64,000 bases of DNA from Escherichia phage vB_EcoM_Schickermooser, in the sequence record NC_048196.1; one strand, given 5' to 3'. Position 1 is the stretch's first letter, and every line of letters starts with the position of its first letter. Positions 1 through 10,272 of this stretch are shown one piece after another. A program made the translations under genes and the position numbers. A model generated the notes under the pieces. The model did not search any database. It had not been told where the DNA came from and was given only the letters and a program-made list of their open reading frames with translations.

Positions 1-25
1 ACGTACACAGAATAAGGGGTAATTA

Positions 26-3000
26 ATGGCAACATTCCCAACATATCCAGCAACGTCTCTCGAACAGGGCGTAGACCTGGTTATTTTCTCATCTAACCAA
101 CTCCATGATGTTATTAATGGAAGTGCTACAGAGAGTATTGAAACAGAATCAGGGTTGATACCAACCCTGAGAAAAGCCCTTGTTGACAACTTTTTCTTTA
201 AAAGCCCATTGGATTGGGCGCAAGGCACAAACGAAACAGTTTTTAACCAACTACGTTATTTTCAGAATGGGGTATTGAGCGGTTATTATTATGCTCCTAA
301 TGCTACATTGGTAAACCCAATCCCTATGCAAGGTACTCCAGTAGGAGATAACAACTGGGTATTGTGGGGATTGAAGACAGAACAATTGGCAACAGAAGTC
401 ACACCTTGGGTATATTCTGGTGCAACGGGTTATGAAACAGTAATTAGTCCTCCTTACATCTTTGATAGTGCTATTGTTACGATCAATGGTGTTATTCAGG
501 TTCTGGGGGAAGCTTTCCGTATAGAAGATAGTAAGATCATCTTATCTGAACCTTTGGGACACGATCCTGCAACAGGACTGCCAAACAAACTTTTTGCTTA
601 TATTGGCAAAATCGTAGCTTCAGCAGATACAGATCCTAATCTAGAGAACCGTCTTGTTAGTTTAGAAACAAAAACGGAAGAACTAACAGAAAGTATGGAT
701 AAAGTCCCTCTGCAAACTATTGCTCGTAAGTATGGTTTGTTAGATGATGAGGTGGCTTACGCAACAGCAGGTCAATCGTTAACAGGGATTAAAGCTCTAT
801 ATGATCCGGTAGCGCAGTCTTCCTACACATTACCTCCTAACATTACAGGCACTTTAACATCCCTGTCTGTTTCTGGAGTAATGACTTATTCTGGAGGATC
901 TGTAGACCTTTCTGCACTGGCTGTTGAGCGTGGACAGTTTGTTCATTTGCCTACAAGCTTTGGTAATAATGTAACTCTGACAGCTAAAAATCAGACGATT
1001 GGACGTGGCGCTGGTCGTTATCGTTGGGCTGGAAGTTTACCAAAAAGTATTTTGGCTTCTGATACATTGGAGACGAGCGGAGGATTAGGTCCAAATGCAT
1101 GGGTTCTGACTAATACAGAAGGACTGTTAACCCCTCGTGGTGGAACATACAACGATTTATTCGATGTTGTCTACTTGTCCGAATTTGCTAACAATACAAC
1201 TACCTATACCACACCAGAAGCAGCTTTCCAGGCGGCACTGTTAGCAGCAAAAGCTTCGAAAAGCAAGATTCTCGATGCTTACGGTTGCGATATGACTTTC
1301 ACGACAAGCTCTTTTGATATTCAAGGTATCACTTTGCGTGGGGGTGTGTTCCGTGGTCAACGCGACTATCGTGTGCAAAATGCTACGGTAGAAGGCACAA
1401 CTTTCCGTAACTCTCGTGTTATGTATTGGGGTGGTGCTGTGCGCATGTTCGATTGTTTATGGGATGGTGCTCCTCGCGCAGGTCAAGTTGGTAGCTTGGT
1501 ATTCCAAGGCAACCCAATATCAGGTACTTTTGAAATTGATAATTGTACTTTTAAAAACGGGTTATATGGCATTCTTCAACAAGGAACAGGGGAACCAGTA
1601 ACACGTGGTGTCTTCCGTAACCTTACCTTCATGGACATGCAAGGTGATGCAATAGAACTGAACGTCATCAATAAACATTATGACGATGGTTGTGTGATTG
1701 AGAATATTTACCTGTCTAATATCGATGGAACTAATGCTCCTATTCCTCTGTCGAACTGGGGTATCGGTATCGGTGTAGCTGGTAAAGGACCATATGGTTA
1801 CGGAATTCCTGATGATCAATATTGCAAGAATATTACAATTCGTAACGTTTTTGCAAAACGTTGCCGTCAGATTGTCCACGTAGAAGTTGGTCGTAATATT
1901 TCTATCGAAAACATTCATGGCGATCCAGATCAAACCGTATCTGTTGGGACAGGTTTGGCAACTGGCGCAGTTGTAATGTATGGAAGTAAAGATTTTACGA
2001 TTGACGGTGTTTATGGAGAGCCTAAAACAGACGGTAGCACACTTGCAAGTAATATCCGTATGATTTATTTGGAGTGGGGAACTAACGCAGTTCTGGACGA
2101 AGAGGGTAATCCGGTAGTTCCGGCACAGGGTAGACCTTCAAACCCATGTTTTAACTATTCTGTTCGTAACATTCACACCAAAACTGGGCGTGTTTTTGCG
2201 GGAGTTTCCGCTGGGCCAGGTTATGAAAACAGAGTTAGCTTTGAAAATATTCGTTGCGCTGCATTGCAGTTGTTCGGTATAGCTTCTTGGCTTTCAATGT
2301 CTAACATCACCTGTAATATCTTCGATTGTGTTGGTCAACCTGAATCTGGTCCAGGAACATTTTATGATGGATTCTTCCGTAGAGAAAAATCTGTTCTTGA
2401 AATGGTTAACGTAAACTGTTACCCAGATGGCAAGACGATGGTTACTGGTCGTCCACAGTGGAGCCGTTGCCGTTACTCGGATATTCATCGTGTCAACTGT
2501 AATGTTGAAGCTAATATGTATACCAATATCGCAGGTGGTATTGGAGCTATTGTAGGGACAACGGGCAAAGTTTATTACTTAGAGCCTAATCCTAGTCGAA
2601 ACATTGATGGAATGCATTTCCCAACAGGGAAAGAGTTTGACAAAGGTGATATGATAGTCAAAGCGGATAATACGTTCTTCCTTGTAACAACAAGTGGGGC
2701 ATATATTCCAGATATCCCAGCTTTCGGTATTCGAGCTACACAGGCAGGAGATACCTTCCTGACACAGAACTTGACTCCTAACGGGACAGCAACAAATGCT
2801 TCTTGGTTGTATCATTACCCTCTGTCAGCAGGGACACGTATCCGTATTCCTGGTGCTGGCGTAGGTGGAGCAGATTTGGACACAGTTATTACTCGTGCAC
2901 CTTATCAAGATAATGATACGTGGACTAACCCAGTTAAAATAGACATTGCAGATCCAATTGTAACGCCTACAAGTGCTGGAGTTAGAATTAAAACCATACC

Positions 3001-3079
3001 TAATGATTCCAGTAATGTTTCTGTAGGTAATACTGCGGTTATTCGCCCAACGCCAGTAGTAGATGTGCCAACAACCTAA
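26..3079 (+). CDS. tail fibre / tailspike-like structural protein (1017 aa)
   Basis: Long ORF with GGGG RBS about 8 nt upstream; Gly/Thr/Asn/Val-rich beta-rich composition; first of three adjacent fibre-like genes. Assignment by composition and context only. Confidence 0.6.
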   Translation: MATFPTYPATSLEQGVDLVIFSSNQLHDVINGSATESIETESGLIPTLRKALVDNFFFKSPLDWAQGTNETVFNQLRYFQNGVLSGYYYAPNATLVNPIPMQGTPVGDNNWVLWGLKTEQLATEVTPWVYSGATGYETVISPPYIFDSAIVTINGVIQVLGEAFRIEDSKIILSEPLGHDPATGLPNKLFAYIGKIVASADTDPNLENRLVSLETKTEELTESMDKVPLQTIARKYGLLDDEVAYATAGQSLTGIKALYDPVAQSSYTLPPNITGTLTSLSVSGVMTYSGGSVDLSALAVERGQFVHLPTSFGNNVTLTAKNQTIGRGAGRYRWAGSLPKSILASDTLETSGGLGPNAWVLTNTEGLLTPRGGTYNDLFDVVYLSEFANNTTTYTTPEAAFQAALLAAKASKSKILDAYGCDMTFTTSSFDIQGITLRGGVFRGQRDYRVQNATVEGTTFRNSRVMYWGGAVRMFDCLWDGAPRAGQVGSLVFQGNPISGTFEIDNCTFKNGLYGILQQGTGEPVTRGVFRNLTFMDMQGDAIELNVINKHYDDGCVIENIYLSNIDGTNAPIPLSNWGIGIGVAGKGPYGYGIPDDQYCKNITIRNVFAKRCRQIVHVEVGRNISIENIHGDPDQTVSVGTGLATGAVVMYGSKDFTIDGVYGEPKTDGSTLASNIRMIYLEWGTNAVLDEEGNPVVPAQGRPSNPCFNYSVRNIHTKTGRVFAGVSAGPGYENRVSFENIRCAALQLFGIASWLSMSNITCNIFDCVGQPESGPGTFYDGFFRREKSVLEMVNVNCYPDGKTMVTGRPQWSRCRYSDIHRVNCNVEANMYTNIAGGIGAIVGTTGKVYYLEPNPSRNIDGMHFPTGKEFDKGDMIVKADNTFFLVTTSGAYIPDIPAFGIRATQAGDTFLTQNLTPNGTATNASWLYHYPLSAGTRIRIPGAGVGGADLDTVITRAPYQDNDTWTNPVKIDIADPIVTPTSAGVRIKTIPNDSSNVSVGNTAVIRPTPVVDVPTT

Positions 3080-3086
3080 TGGAATA

Positions 3087-3110
3087 GAGGGGGATTCCCC
3101 CTCTTCTTCC
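3087..3110 (+). terminator. hairpin GAGGGGGA-TT-TCCCCCTC followed by TTCTTCC
   Basis: Perfect 8-bp GC-rich inverted repeat immediately after stop of 26..3079; U-tract interrupted by C so may be a partial terminator. Confidence 0.5.
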
Positions 3111-3140
3111 AATAGAATGGTCTAATGATAGGAGAGATAA

Positions 3141-5165
3141 ATGAATTTAACAAGACCTAATAGTGCGATAGCCGATCTGGTAGAAGCTACTTATCGAAAA
3201 CGTCGCAGCTTTGAGGCAGGTTTTACATTACGTAATTCCCGTGAAGTTTTGCTGTTAGCAGCAGAAGGGAATTATTACCAATGGAAAGGAACTTTTCCTA
3301 AAGTGGTTCCAGCAAACTCTACGCCAGCCACCACAGGTGGTATTTCTTCCCTTGCATGGCAAAGTGTTGGGACCGCTGATGATATAGCAATTATCAATGC
3401 CAAGTTTACGGCAATGCAGCAACAAATTGATGATCTGTCGGAAACAATACCTGAAGCTGGTAAATCGGCTTATCAGATCGCACTTGATAATGGTTTTGTT
3501 GGAACAGAAGCACAGTGGCTTGCCTCTTTGAAAGGGGATACTGGTGCTCAACTTAATATTAAAGGATCATTAGCAAGTACTAGTGAACTACCATCCACAG
3601 GTAACGTTGCAGGGGATGGTTATATCGTAGGTGATGTAATCTACGCTTGGGATGGTTCTGTTTGGAAACTTATTTCTTCTCTTGGGCCAGAAGGTAAATC
3701 AGCTTACGAGGTATGGTTGGCAGATGGTAATACAGGATCTGTTTATGATTTCCTTACCTCTATAAAAGGTGATAAAGGCGATGTTGGTCCTACAGGGCCA
3801 CAGGGAGCACCTGGTGTTAACGCCAACGGTTTTGATTATCGTGGAGATTTGCCTTCTACAAGTAACTTACCACAACCTAACTCTGAAAACGTAAGCCAAG
3901 CTTATTCTATCAATGGAAATCTTTATGTCTCTAATGGGACAGCTTGGGTCAACATGGGTAATATTGTTGGTCCTCAAGGTCCACAAGGTGAGGCAGGTAA
4001 AGACGGTCTAGATGGAACAGATGGAGATGAAGGGAAATCTGCATATCAAAGTTGGCTGGATGCTGGTAATGAAGGGACAGAAGTAGATTTTATTGCCTCG
4101 CTTAAAGGTCCAAAAGGAGACAAGGGTGATCAAGGAGAGCAAGGTCCACAAGGTGAATTAGGTCCACAAGGACCAGTAGGTGCAACAGGATCAGGCTTAG
4201 AGATTATCGGGGTTCTGAACAGCGAAGCTGAACTTCCTCCGACTGGAGAAGTAGGTGACGCATATAAAATTAATAATGATTTATATGTTTGGGTCCAAGA
4301 TGCTACGGAATGGATGAATGTTGGCAGTCTTGGAGGAACATCAATTACAGCTAAAGGTCATGTTCCGAACAGTGAAGCTCTCCCTGTTTACAATAACTAT
4401 GGTGATGCTTACTTAACTGAAGACACTAGTAATCTTTACATCTATACCTACGATCAAGACACCAATTCCGCATCTTTTGTTGACATGGGAAGTATTAAAG
4501 GCGACAAAGGTGAAAAAGGGGATAAAGGAGATAAGGGTGATCCTGGAACAAACGGAACCAACGGTACTGATGGGACCAACGGTAAGGATGGCGCACAGTG
4601 GTTTGTAGCAACAACTAATCCAGTCACAGGAGACGGTGTTATCAATGATTACGCCTTCAATACTACCACTGGAGCAGTATTTAAGAAAACAGATTCTTCT
4701 ACGTGGACACTTATAGGAACTCTTCCTAGTATACCAGAAGCCCCTCAAGACGGCTTGACGTATGGTCGTTCTGATGGAAACTGGATCGAACTATCAGGAT
4801 CAGATCCTACGGAAGCTATAACACCAACTAGAGTTACAGCAGGTTTCATGGAACTTGAAACAACTACTGCCAACTCTGGAGCATCTTGGACTCCTTCTGG
4901 AACTTCCAATATGTATGTTGTTACAGTAACTGACGCTCTGACAGTTGGAGCATGGCCTGGTGTCACTGGCTCTACAAAACCTAAAGCGTTTTCAGCAATG
5001 ATTTATTTGATTCAAGATACAACGGGACACACGGTTACACTAGATGCGTCTTATGGAGCACTAAATGATACAGAAATAGCAACTACTGCTAACGCAGTAA
5101 CAATTTTGCAATTAACGTATCCTGGTGTGGGTGATATCGTGGACATGGTTGTTGTAACACGATAA
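3141..5165 (+). CDS. collagen-like repeat tail fibre protein (674 aa)
   Basis: Four G-X-Y tracts (e.g. GDKGDVGPTGPQGAPG, GPQGPQGEAGKDGLDGTDGDEG, GPKGDKGDQGEQGPQGELGPQGPVGATG, GDKGEKGDKGDKGDPGTNGTNGTDGTNGKDG), each preceded by a repeated GKSAY(Q/E)xWL module; RBS GGAGAG upstream. Confidence 0.8.
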   Translation: MNLTRPNSAIADLVEATYRKRRSFEAGFTLRNSREVLLLAAEGNYYQWKGTFPKVVPANSTPATTGGISSLAWQSVGTADDIAIINAKFTAMQQQIDDLSETIPEAGKSAYQIALDNGFVGTEAQWLASLKGDTGAQLNIKGSLASTSELPSTGNVAGDGYIVGDVIYAWDGSVWKLISSLGPEGKSAYEVWLADGNTGSVYDFLTSIKGDKGDVGPTGPQGAPGVNANGFDYRGDLPSTSNLPQPNSENVSQAYSINGNLYVSNGTAWVNMGNIVGPQGPQGEAGKDGLDGTDGDEGKSAYQSWLDAGNEGTEVDFIASLKGPKGDKGDQGEQGPQGELGPQGPVGATGSGLEIIGVLNSEAELPPTGEVGDAYKINNDLYVWVQDATEWMNVGSLGGTSITAKGHVPNSEALPVYNNYGDAYLTEDTSNLYIYTYDQDTNSASFVDMGSIKGDKGEKGDKGDKGDPGTNGTNGTDGTNGKDGAQWFVATTNPVTGDGVINDYAFNTTTGAVFKKTDSSTWTLIGTLPSIPEAPQDGLTYGRSDGNWIELSGSDPTEAITPTRVTAGFMELETTTANSGASWTPSGTSNMYVVTVTDALTVGAWPGVTGSTKPKAFSAMIYLIQDTTGHTVTLDASYGALNDTEIATTANAVTILQLTYPGVGDIVDMVVVTR

Positions 5166-5167
5166 CA

Positions 5168-5194
5168 GAAGCCCCGAAAGGGGCTTTCTTTTTA
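5168..5194 (+). terminator. rho-independent terminator (AGCCCC-GAAA-GGGGCT + TTTCTTTTT)
   Basis: 6-bp GC stem, GAAA tetraloop, T-run, directly after stop of 3141..5165. Confidence 0.8.
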
Positions 5195-5206
5195 TGGAGG
5201 GTTTAA

Positions 5207-7882
5207 ATGTTTCCAATTCCAATATTTACTATTATGACCAGCACTGGTGTCGTTCCTCTGCCAGCAGGTATTGTTAAAAAAGTAATCACTCTAGATTACC
5301 CAGATAATGCTGGCAATTCTAATAGCAGTTTAGCAATTTTGCTTAATGATGGTAGATTGTTTACTCAAGGCGCAAACCTTTTTGGTGAGATTGCAGATGG
5401 AACTCGTAGTGCACGATTCAATAATTTCCACTTAGCTTCTACTGTAGTAGCGGATGTGTTTACCGCAGATCGTTGTTTTGTTATTAAAACTAACAGTGGG
5501 GGATGGCAATATTCAGGATTGACAGCAGGGTTGGTAGGATCTATAGCAGCAGGTGGTACGGATGCATGTGTAACCACTTGGACCAGCTTTCCATCTGTAA
5601 TAACAGGGACTATCTCTTTAGCCAATCTTAAAGAGGTTAAGGGAGGATATAACAATACTCTCTGGTTAATGAATAGTGGTGTTCTTTATGGATCGGGTCA
5701 AAACACAGTAGGCAGTTTAGGTGCAAGCACTACTAACGAAGTTTCTACTCCTCGTCAGATAACAAGCGCAGCAGTTGCTTTTGATGCAGGTTACAACCAA
5801 TGTTCTTATGTCAACAATGTGGGAACCTTGCGTGTTTGTGGAGCCAGTAAAGGTTTAGCAGGTAATAATAACACAACAACAGCTTTTGTCAATGCCAAGA
5901 TATCCGCTACTGAAACAGTGTATGTCAAAGATTACATCAATACAGTTTCCCAGACAATAGTTGTAGGAGATACCTCCGGTGGCACGGGTACAGTAAACTA
6001 CTTATATGTTAGATCTAATACAGAAACAACCTACACTAAACTGGATACCTTTGCAGCAGGTTTCTCAACATGGAAGTTTCCACCAAGCCGCCACTCTTTT
6101 TTCGTTGGGATTAATAATTCCTTGTGGGCTATTGGTAAGAACTACACTGCAAACTTAGGTTTGGGGTATGATTCTGCGAGCGGAGATCCACTCCAAGTGG
6201 GAAAACCAGTTAAACCTGAAGGAGTGGGTTCTTGGGATATAAACAAGCTCACAAGCGTTCATACGCTGAATATGGATGTTACTAACCAATTAGGTTATCA
6301 AGGAACCTTTTTCGTTTATAATGGAGATATGTATTATTCCGGTATTTGGAAAGATGGGAAAGCCTCGTATCTGTTCAATAGTGGTCTAAACTATAATAAA
6401 TTCACACCAATAGCAAGCTCCGTGATTACGGGCGATATTCTGGCAACTGGCTTAACTACAGATTCTTTAGGAATTTGTATTGTAGGTGGAACTAAACAGT
6501 TGACACATTCTGTTAGCCCAGAAGGAGGTAAACTTTTCAATATTAAATACACTTCTTCTGCCCCTGCAAACATGACAATATCATCTACTGGTTTAATGAC
6601 TTTCCATGCAGAAGGTGGTTTTGATGCAGGTATGACAGCCTTAAACGCTGAAGGAACAACTTTATCAGATACCTCTGGAGGATATGCTTCAACATTGAGC
6701 GTTTACACCCCTAGCTTATCTGCGATGGATGTAGGAACAACACAAACAATGGTAGCAGAAATAACGCCAACAGGAGCAGCAAGCTTACCTGGTATGGTTG
6801 TTGAGTATTTCTCTAATGACCCTACGGTAGCAACAGTTGACCCCGTTACAGGCGTTATTACAGCGGTTGCTGATGGGGATTGTCGTATCGGTTGTAGAGC
6901 AACTTATCAAGGTGTGGTAACTGCCGAAGATAGTTCTTATCTCGCAGTGAATGCTGTGGTGATTGTGATGGACTATGATTTGACGCAAGAAACTATTCCA
7001 ACGGATGTAAAGGTCAATAGGAGTAACCGTTATGCCAGGGCTTCTGGAGATATCCTTGTACCTACAGAGAGTTCTGCTCCCGTAGCACCTTTAGAATATG
7101 TTGGTACAACTCCACAAGGTAGACGTGTTGTAGCAGCCAACCGTACACATATCTTTATCAACAATAACTTGACAACAGCTTCCCCGTGGTTGAAGACGAA
7201 CTTGACAGTCACAGCATCAACAATCAACTCTCCGGTTGGAACTACGGCTAACACTTACAAGTTAACACCTTCTACAACTTCAGGACAACATATTTTATCA
7301 GCAGTGAATACAGCCTCTGATATTACAGCAGGTAAGCACTGGGCGGCATCCGTATTCTTGAAGACAGACGGGATCACTAAAGTTAAACTCAAATTGACTT
7401 CAGGAGATGAGATTAACGAAGGGACTTATGATCTTGTAGCTGGAACATTTACAGGTGCAGATGCAAACATAATCGATATGGGGAATGGTTGGTATCGTGT
7501 AATTCTACACAAAGTGACAGTTGCCAAACAAGCATCTATAACCTATGAGATTATAGCTTTGAATGCAAGTGGATCAGACACTTTCGCAGGAGATGGTACG
7601 GCAGGTCTTATTGCTTGGGTTCCACAGCTTGAGATGGGTGATATGACAAATCCAGTTTGGGCGGGGACACCATTTGTTTGTTCTTATGCACGAGACACTA
7701 CCAGTGCTGTTACCTTCACTATTCCTAAGAATGGACATACTGGCGTGGACATTTACCACACCGATGGTACTGTGCAACGAGAGGTCTTCACTGGTACAGC
7801 TACAACTTGGATGTTGACGTTCACCGCCGCAAGTGCGGATTGGGGATCGAAGTTCATTACAGGTTTGAAATATTACGACTAA
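5207..7882 (+). CDS. tail fibre protein with Ig-like (Big_2-type) domain (891 aa)
   Basis: Ser/Thr/Gly/Asn-rich fibre-like composition; segment AEITPTGAASLPGMVVEYFSNDPTVATVDPVTGVITAVADGDCRIGCRATYQGVVTAEDSSYLAVNAVV resembles bacterial Ig-like group 2 domains; GGAGGG RBS. Confidence 0.7.
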   Translation: MFPIPIFTIMTSTGVVPLPAGIVKKVITLDYPDNAGNSNSSLAILLNDGRLFTQGANLFGEIADGTRSARFNNFHLASTVVADVFTADRCFVIKTNSGGWQYSGLTAGLVGSIAAGGTDACVTTWTSFPSVITGTISLANLKEVKGGYNNTLWLMNSGVLYGSGQNTVGSLGASTTNEVSTPRQITSAAVAFDAGYNQCSYVNNVGTLRVCGASKGLAGNNNTTTAFVNAKISATETVYVKDYINTVSQTIVVGDTSGGTGTVNYLYVRSNTETTYTKLDTFAAGFSTWKFPPSRHSFFVGINNSLWAIGKNYTANLGLGYDSASGDPLQVGKPVKPEGVGSWDINKLTSVHTLNMDVTNQLGYQGTFFVYNGDMYYSGIWKDGKASYLFNSGLNYNKFTPIASSVITGDILATGLTTDSLGICIVGGTKQLTHSVSPEGGKLFNIKYTSSAPANMTISSTGLMTFHAEGGFDAGMTALNAEGTTLSDTSGGYASTLSVYTPSLSAMDVGTTQTMVAEITPTGAASLPGMVVEYFSNDPTVATVDPVTGVITAVADGDCRIGCRATYQGVVTAEDSSYLAVNAVVIVMDYDLTQETIPTDVKVNRSNRYARASGDILVPTESSAPVAPLEYVGTTPQGRRVVAANRTHIFINNNLTTASPWLKTNLTVTASTINSPVGTTANTYKLTPSTTSGQHILSAVNTASDITAGKHWAASVFLKTDGITKVKLKLTSGDEINEGTYDLVAGTFTGADANIIDMGNGWYRVILHKVTVAKQASITYEIIALNASGSDTFAGDGTAGLIAWVPQLEMGDMTNPVWAGTPFVCSYARDTTSAVTFTIPKNGHTGVDIYHTDGTVQREVFTGTATTWMLTFTAASADWGSKFITGLKYYD

Positions 7883-7883
7883 T

Positions 7884-7918
7884 AAAAAAGGGAACCCGCA
7901 AAGGTTCCCTTTTCTTTT
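7884..7918. terminator. bidirectional rho-independent terminator (A-run, GGGAACC-CGCAAA-GGTTCCC, T-run)
   Basis: Lies between convergent genes 5207..7882 (+) and 7946..8833 (-); hairpin flanked by A-run and T-run so it can terminate both strands. Confidence 0.8.
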
Positions 7919-7945
7919 ATAAAAACTCTTTATAAATCAATAAGA

Positions 7946-8833
7946 TCAGAATGGAATATCATCGTCGAAGTCCATTGGAGGTTCTTCTTGATTACTTGGA
8001 GTTGGTTCTGGTTGTGGTTCAGGTTTCTTAACTTCTTTCTTCTCTTCTTTCTTAGGCTGTTCTGCGGAACCACGAATGGCAGCAGCAACTTTATCAGACA
8101 GAGCCAGAACTTTACGAGCAGAATCAATCAGATCTTCTACAGAGACAGTCTTGATGGTATGGTCTTTACAAGCATTGAGAATAGCGTGACCAACAGATGC
8201 CCCAAGATCATAATCATTAATATCAACGCCACGAGATTCAGCAATTTCAGATTTCAGCGTGACAGTTGCAGATTGAACAACCCCAGCGATATCGAAAGCA
8301 TCGCCTTTAACACCATTACGAATCAGTTCCAGTGCACCATTTACTGCGTGACCAGTTTCCAGACCTACAGTATCACGTTTTTTATAGGACTGCTTAGGAG
8401 CAGCATCGTTGGAACCTTTATTGCCAGAAGATTTGTTAGACTTCTGAACACCATCGGTAGACAATACTGTAATACGAGATTTTTTAGTATTGTAGTAAGT
8501 TTTACCGCCTTTATTATCAACGCGATCAATATCAATACTTACTTCTACACCTTTTTCAATAGTGATCCAATTATCACCTTCTTTGACTTGCAGGTTTTCA
8601 TAACCTTCTTTCAGTTCAATGTCACCAAGAGAAATCCAAACACCTTTCTCATCTGGTTTAGCACCTTTCTCTTTCAGAACAAGAGAAGCTCGGTGAGTTG
8701 AAACAATCGTTTTTCCTTCCCAATGGAAGGTTTTAGGTTCAGCGAATTTATCCAGTTTAACGTAGTCTACGATACCAGTTGCATAAGTTACGGTTTTGCC
8801 TTTACGATCAGTTTCAGTATTAATTACGGACAT
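7946..8833 (-). CDS. ssb: single-stranded DNA-binding protein-like (295 aa) with E. coli SSB-type acidic C-terminal tail
   Basis: C-terminus ...PSNQEEPPMDFDDDIPF matches the E. coli SSB tip (PMDFDDDIPF) as I recall it; sits next to replication genes. N-terminal domain not recognisably a canonical OB fold by eye. Confidence 0.65.
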   Translation of the reverse strand: MSVINTETDRKGKTVTYATGIVDYVKLDKFAEPKTFHWEGKTIVSTHRASLVLKEKGAKPDEKGVWISLGDIELKEGYENLQVKEGDNWITIEKGVEVSIDIDRVDNKGGKTYYNTKKSRITVLSTDGVQKSNKSSGNKGSNDAAPKQSYKKRDTVGLETGHAVNGALELIRNGVKGDAFDIAGVVQSATVTLKSEIAESRGVDINDYDLGASVGHAILNACKDHTIKTVSVEDLIDSARKVLALSDKVAAAIRGSAEQPKKEEKKEVKKPEPQPEPTPSNQEEPPMDFDDDIPF

Positions 8834-8849
8834 TATTATCTCCTCTACA

Positions 8850-9242
8850 TTACATTAATTTTGCACAGAAAGAGCGGAGTCTTTCCATATCATCTTGCTC
8901 TAACAGGTATTTACCTTTACCTATTCCAACCCCAATTTCACCATTAGGAAAATGAACTATTTGCACTGGGAAACCTCCGAGTTTAATTGTGGCAGCTTTG
9001 CCTTCTTCGTCTATAACGTTTCGGATTGTATCTTGCAGTGAAATGAATTCTTTGTTTGTAACAGTGGTTTCAATTATTTCAGATGTTTCAACACGAGCAG
9101 TTAGCTTCTTGTTTCCACCTTGAATAACCAAAATTTGAAAATAAAAAGAGTTGTCAAGACCTACAACATTTTTCTCAACTAGTGTCAAACTGGTATAGTT
9201 TCCATAAACAGTTTCAACAGCTATCTTAGAACGTTCAGTCAT
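8850..9242 (-). CDS. hypothetical protein (130 aa)
   Basis: ORF in the minus-strand gene train, tightly spaced with neighbours. Confidence 0.5.
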   Translation of the reverse strand: MTERSKIAVETVYGNYTSLTLVEKNVVGLDNSFYFQILVIQGGNKKLTARVETSEIIETTVTNKEFISLQDTIRNVIDEEGKAATIKLGGFPVQIVHFPNGEIGVGIGKGKYLLEQDDMERLRSFCAKLM

Positions 9243-9287
9243 TGAATGCTATCCTATCATAAAATGTTTAATATTGTCAAGCTTTAA

Positions 9288-9884
9288 TTACCAAGGAATA
9301 TCATCTTCTTCTTCCGATTTGGTATCTACTTGAGGTGGACGTGGAACCTTAACCTCTTTAACAAAGCGAAGATATGGGAAACGCGTAGCGATTTTAATAA
9401 CATGTTTGGCATCTTCTCTAACATCTTTGTGCAAGAAGCAGATCCCTGTTTCCAAAGTTGTTTCAAAATCTTTAGAGTAATAACAATCCTTTCCATCAAA
9501 TGCAGCCTGGCAGATGGACAGATCAAACTCATTCAGAAAGGTTGTCATTACATTTGGGTCCATAATCATAAGGTTGCAAAGCTGACCATCACGTTCAAAT
9601 TCAAAAACGTGTTTAAGACCAGTAACACCCTCGTAGTTATCAGAAGCATCTTTGTTTCCTAGTTTACGAATATTAGTTCCCATCAAAGCAGATGCAATCA
9701 AGTCTTGTATTTGCTCTTCTGATCGATGTGCAGGAAGAGACGTGTAAAAATCCAGATCACGTCCAGCAATATCAAGAATACGCCAATCACGAACAGCACC
9801 GCCAGCCAAGACAGAATTAGGATCAGCGATCTTTAATACGGTAAGAATTTCTTTGGCAATATTGATTTGTTTTGATTTAGTCAT
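9288..9884 (-). CDS. hypothetical protein (198 aa), possible pol-beta-type nucleotidyltransferase motif, acidic C-terminal DDIPW tail
   Basis: Motif LAGGAVRDWRILDIAGRDLDFY resembles the GGxVRD...DxD head of CCA/poly(A) nucleotidyltransferases; C-terminus EEEDDIPW is SSB-tail-like. Confidence 0.45.
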   Translation of the reverse strand: MTKSKQINIAKEILTVLKIADPNSVLAGGAVRDWRILDIAGRDLDFYTSLPAHRSEEQIQDLIASALMGTNIRKLGNKDASDNYEGVTGLKHVFEFERDGQLCNLMIMDPNVMTTFLNEFDLSICQAAFDGKDCYYSKDFETTLETGICFLHKDVREDAKHVIKIATRFPYLRFVKEVKVPRPPQVDTKSEEEDDIPW

Positions 9885-10095
9885 TGATACGCTCCACAGT
9901 TACTTTAACAATATCGTCCATATTAATCTCATCTCCCAAGACTTCAATAACACCTTCCTCATAAAGTCGAGCACATTCTTCCCATACTTCTGCTTCCGTC
10001 ATTCCACCTTCAATCTTATTTGCAAGACCTTTAATAACATCTTCATTTTGTTCATCAATAAGAATTGAAACATTAAAGCTCACTAGTTTACGCAT
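9877..10095 (-). CDS. hypothetical acidic protein (72 aa)
   Basis: ORF overlapping the upstream gene by 8 nt (coupling-type arrangement). Confidence 0.45.
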   Translation of the reverse strand: MRKLVSFNVSILIDEQNEDVIKGLANKIEGGMTEAEVWEECARLYEEGVIEVLGDEINMDDIVKVTVERIND

Positions 10096-10272
10096 TGTTT
10101 TCTCCTTATACCTCTAAACGGAAAGTTTCTTTAGATACAAAATCGTATCCACCTTTTTCAAGCCAGCCATTGTAAACCTCATCGGCTTGAGACTCTATCA
10201 TAAAATACCGAGTGGTAACTTCGTCTCCGACAATACGCACAATTTTATAGCAAATCATGATACCATTTCCCA

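Noticed and set aside
1416-5655. Short ORFs nested inside the three fibre genes (e.g. 1416..1601 +, 1562..1933 -, 3255..3551 -, 4413..4748 -, 5365..5655 -)
   Set aside because: Fully contained within long, well-supported ORFs; no independent signals.
7988-8701. Plus-strand 237-aa ORF antisense to the SSB-like gene
   Set aside because: Low-complexity Phe/Asn/Ile-rich translation typical of the antisense strand of an AT-rich gene; no RBS; the minus-strand ORF has the specific SSB tail.
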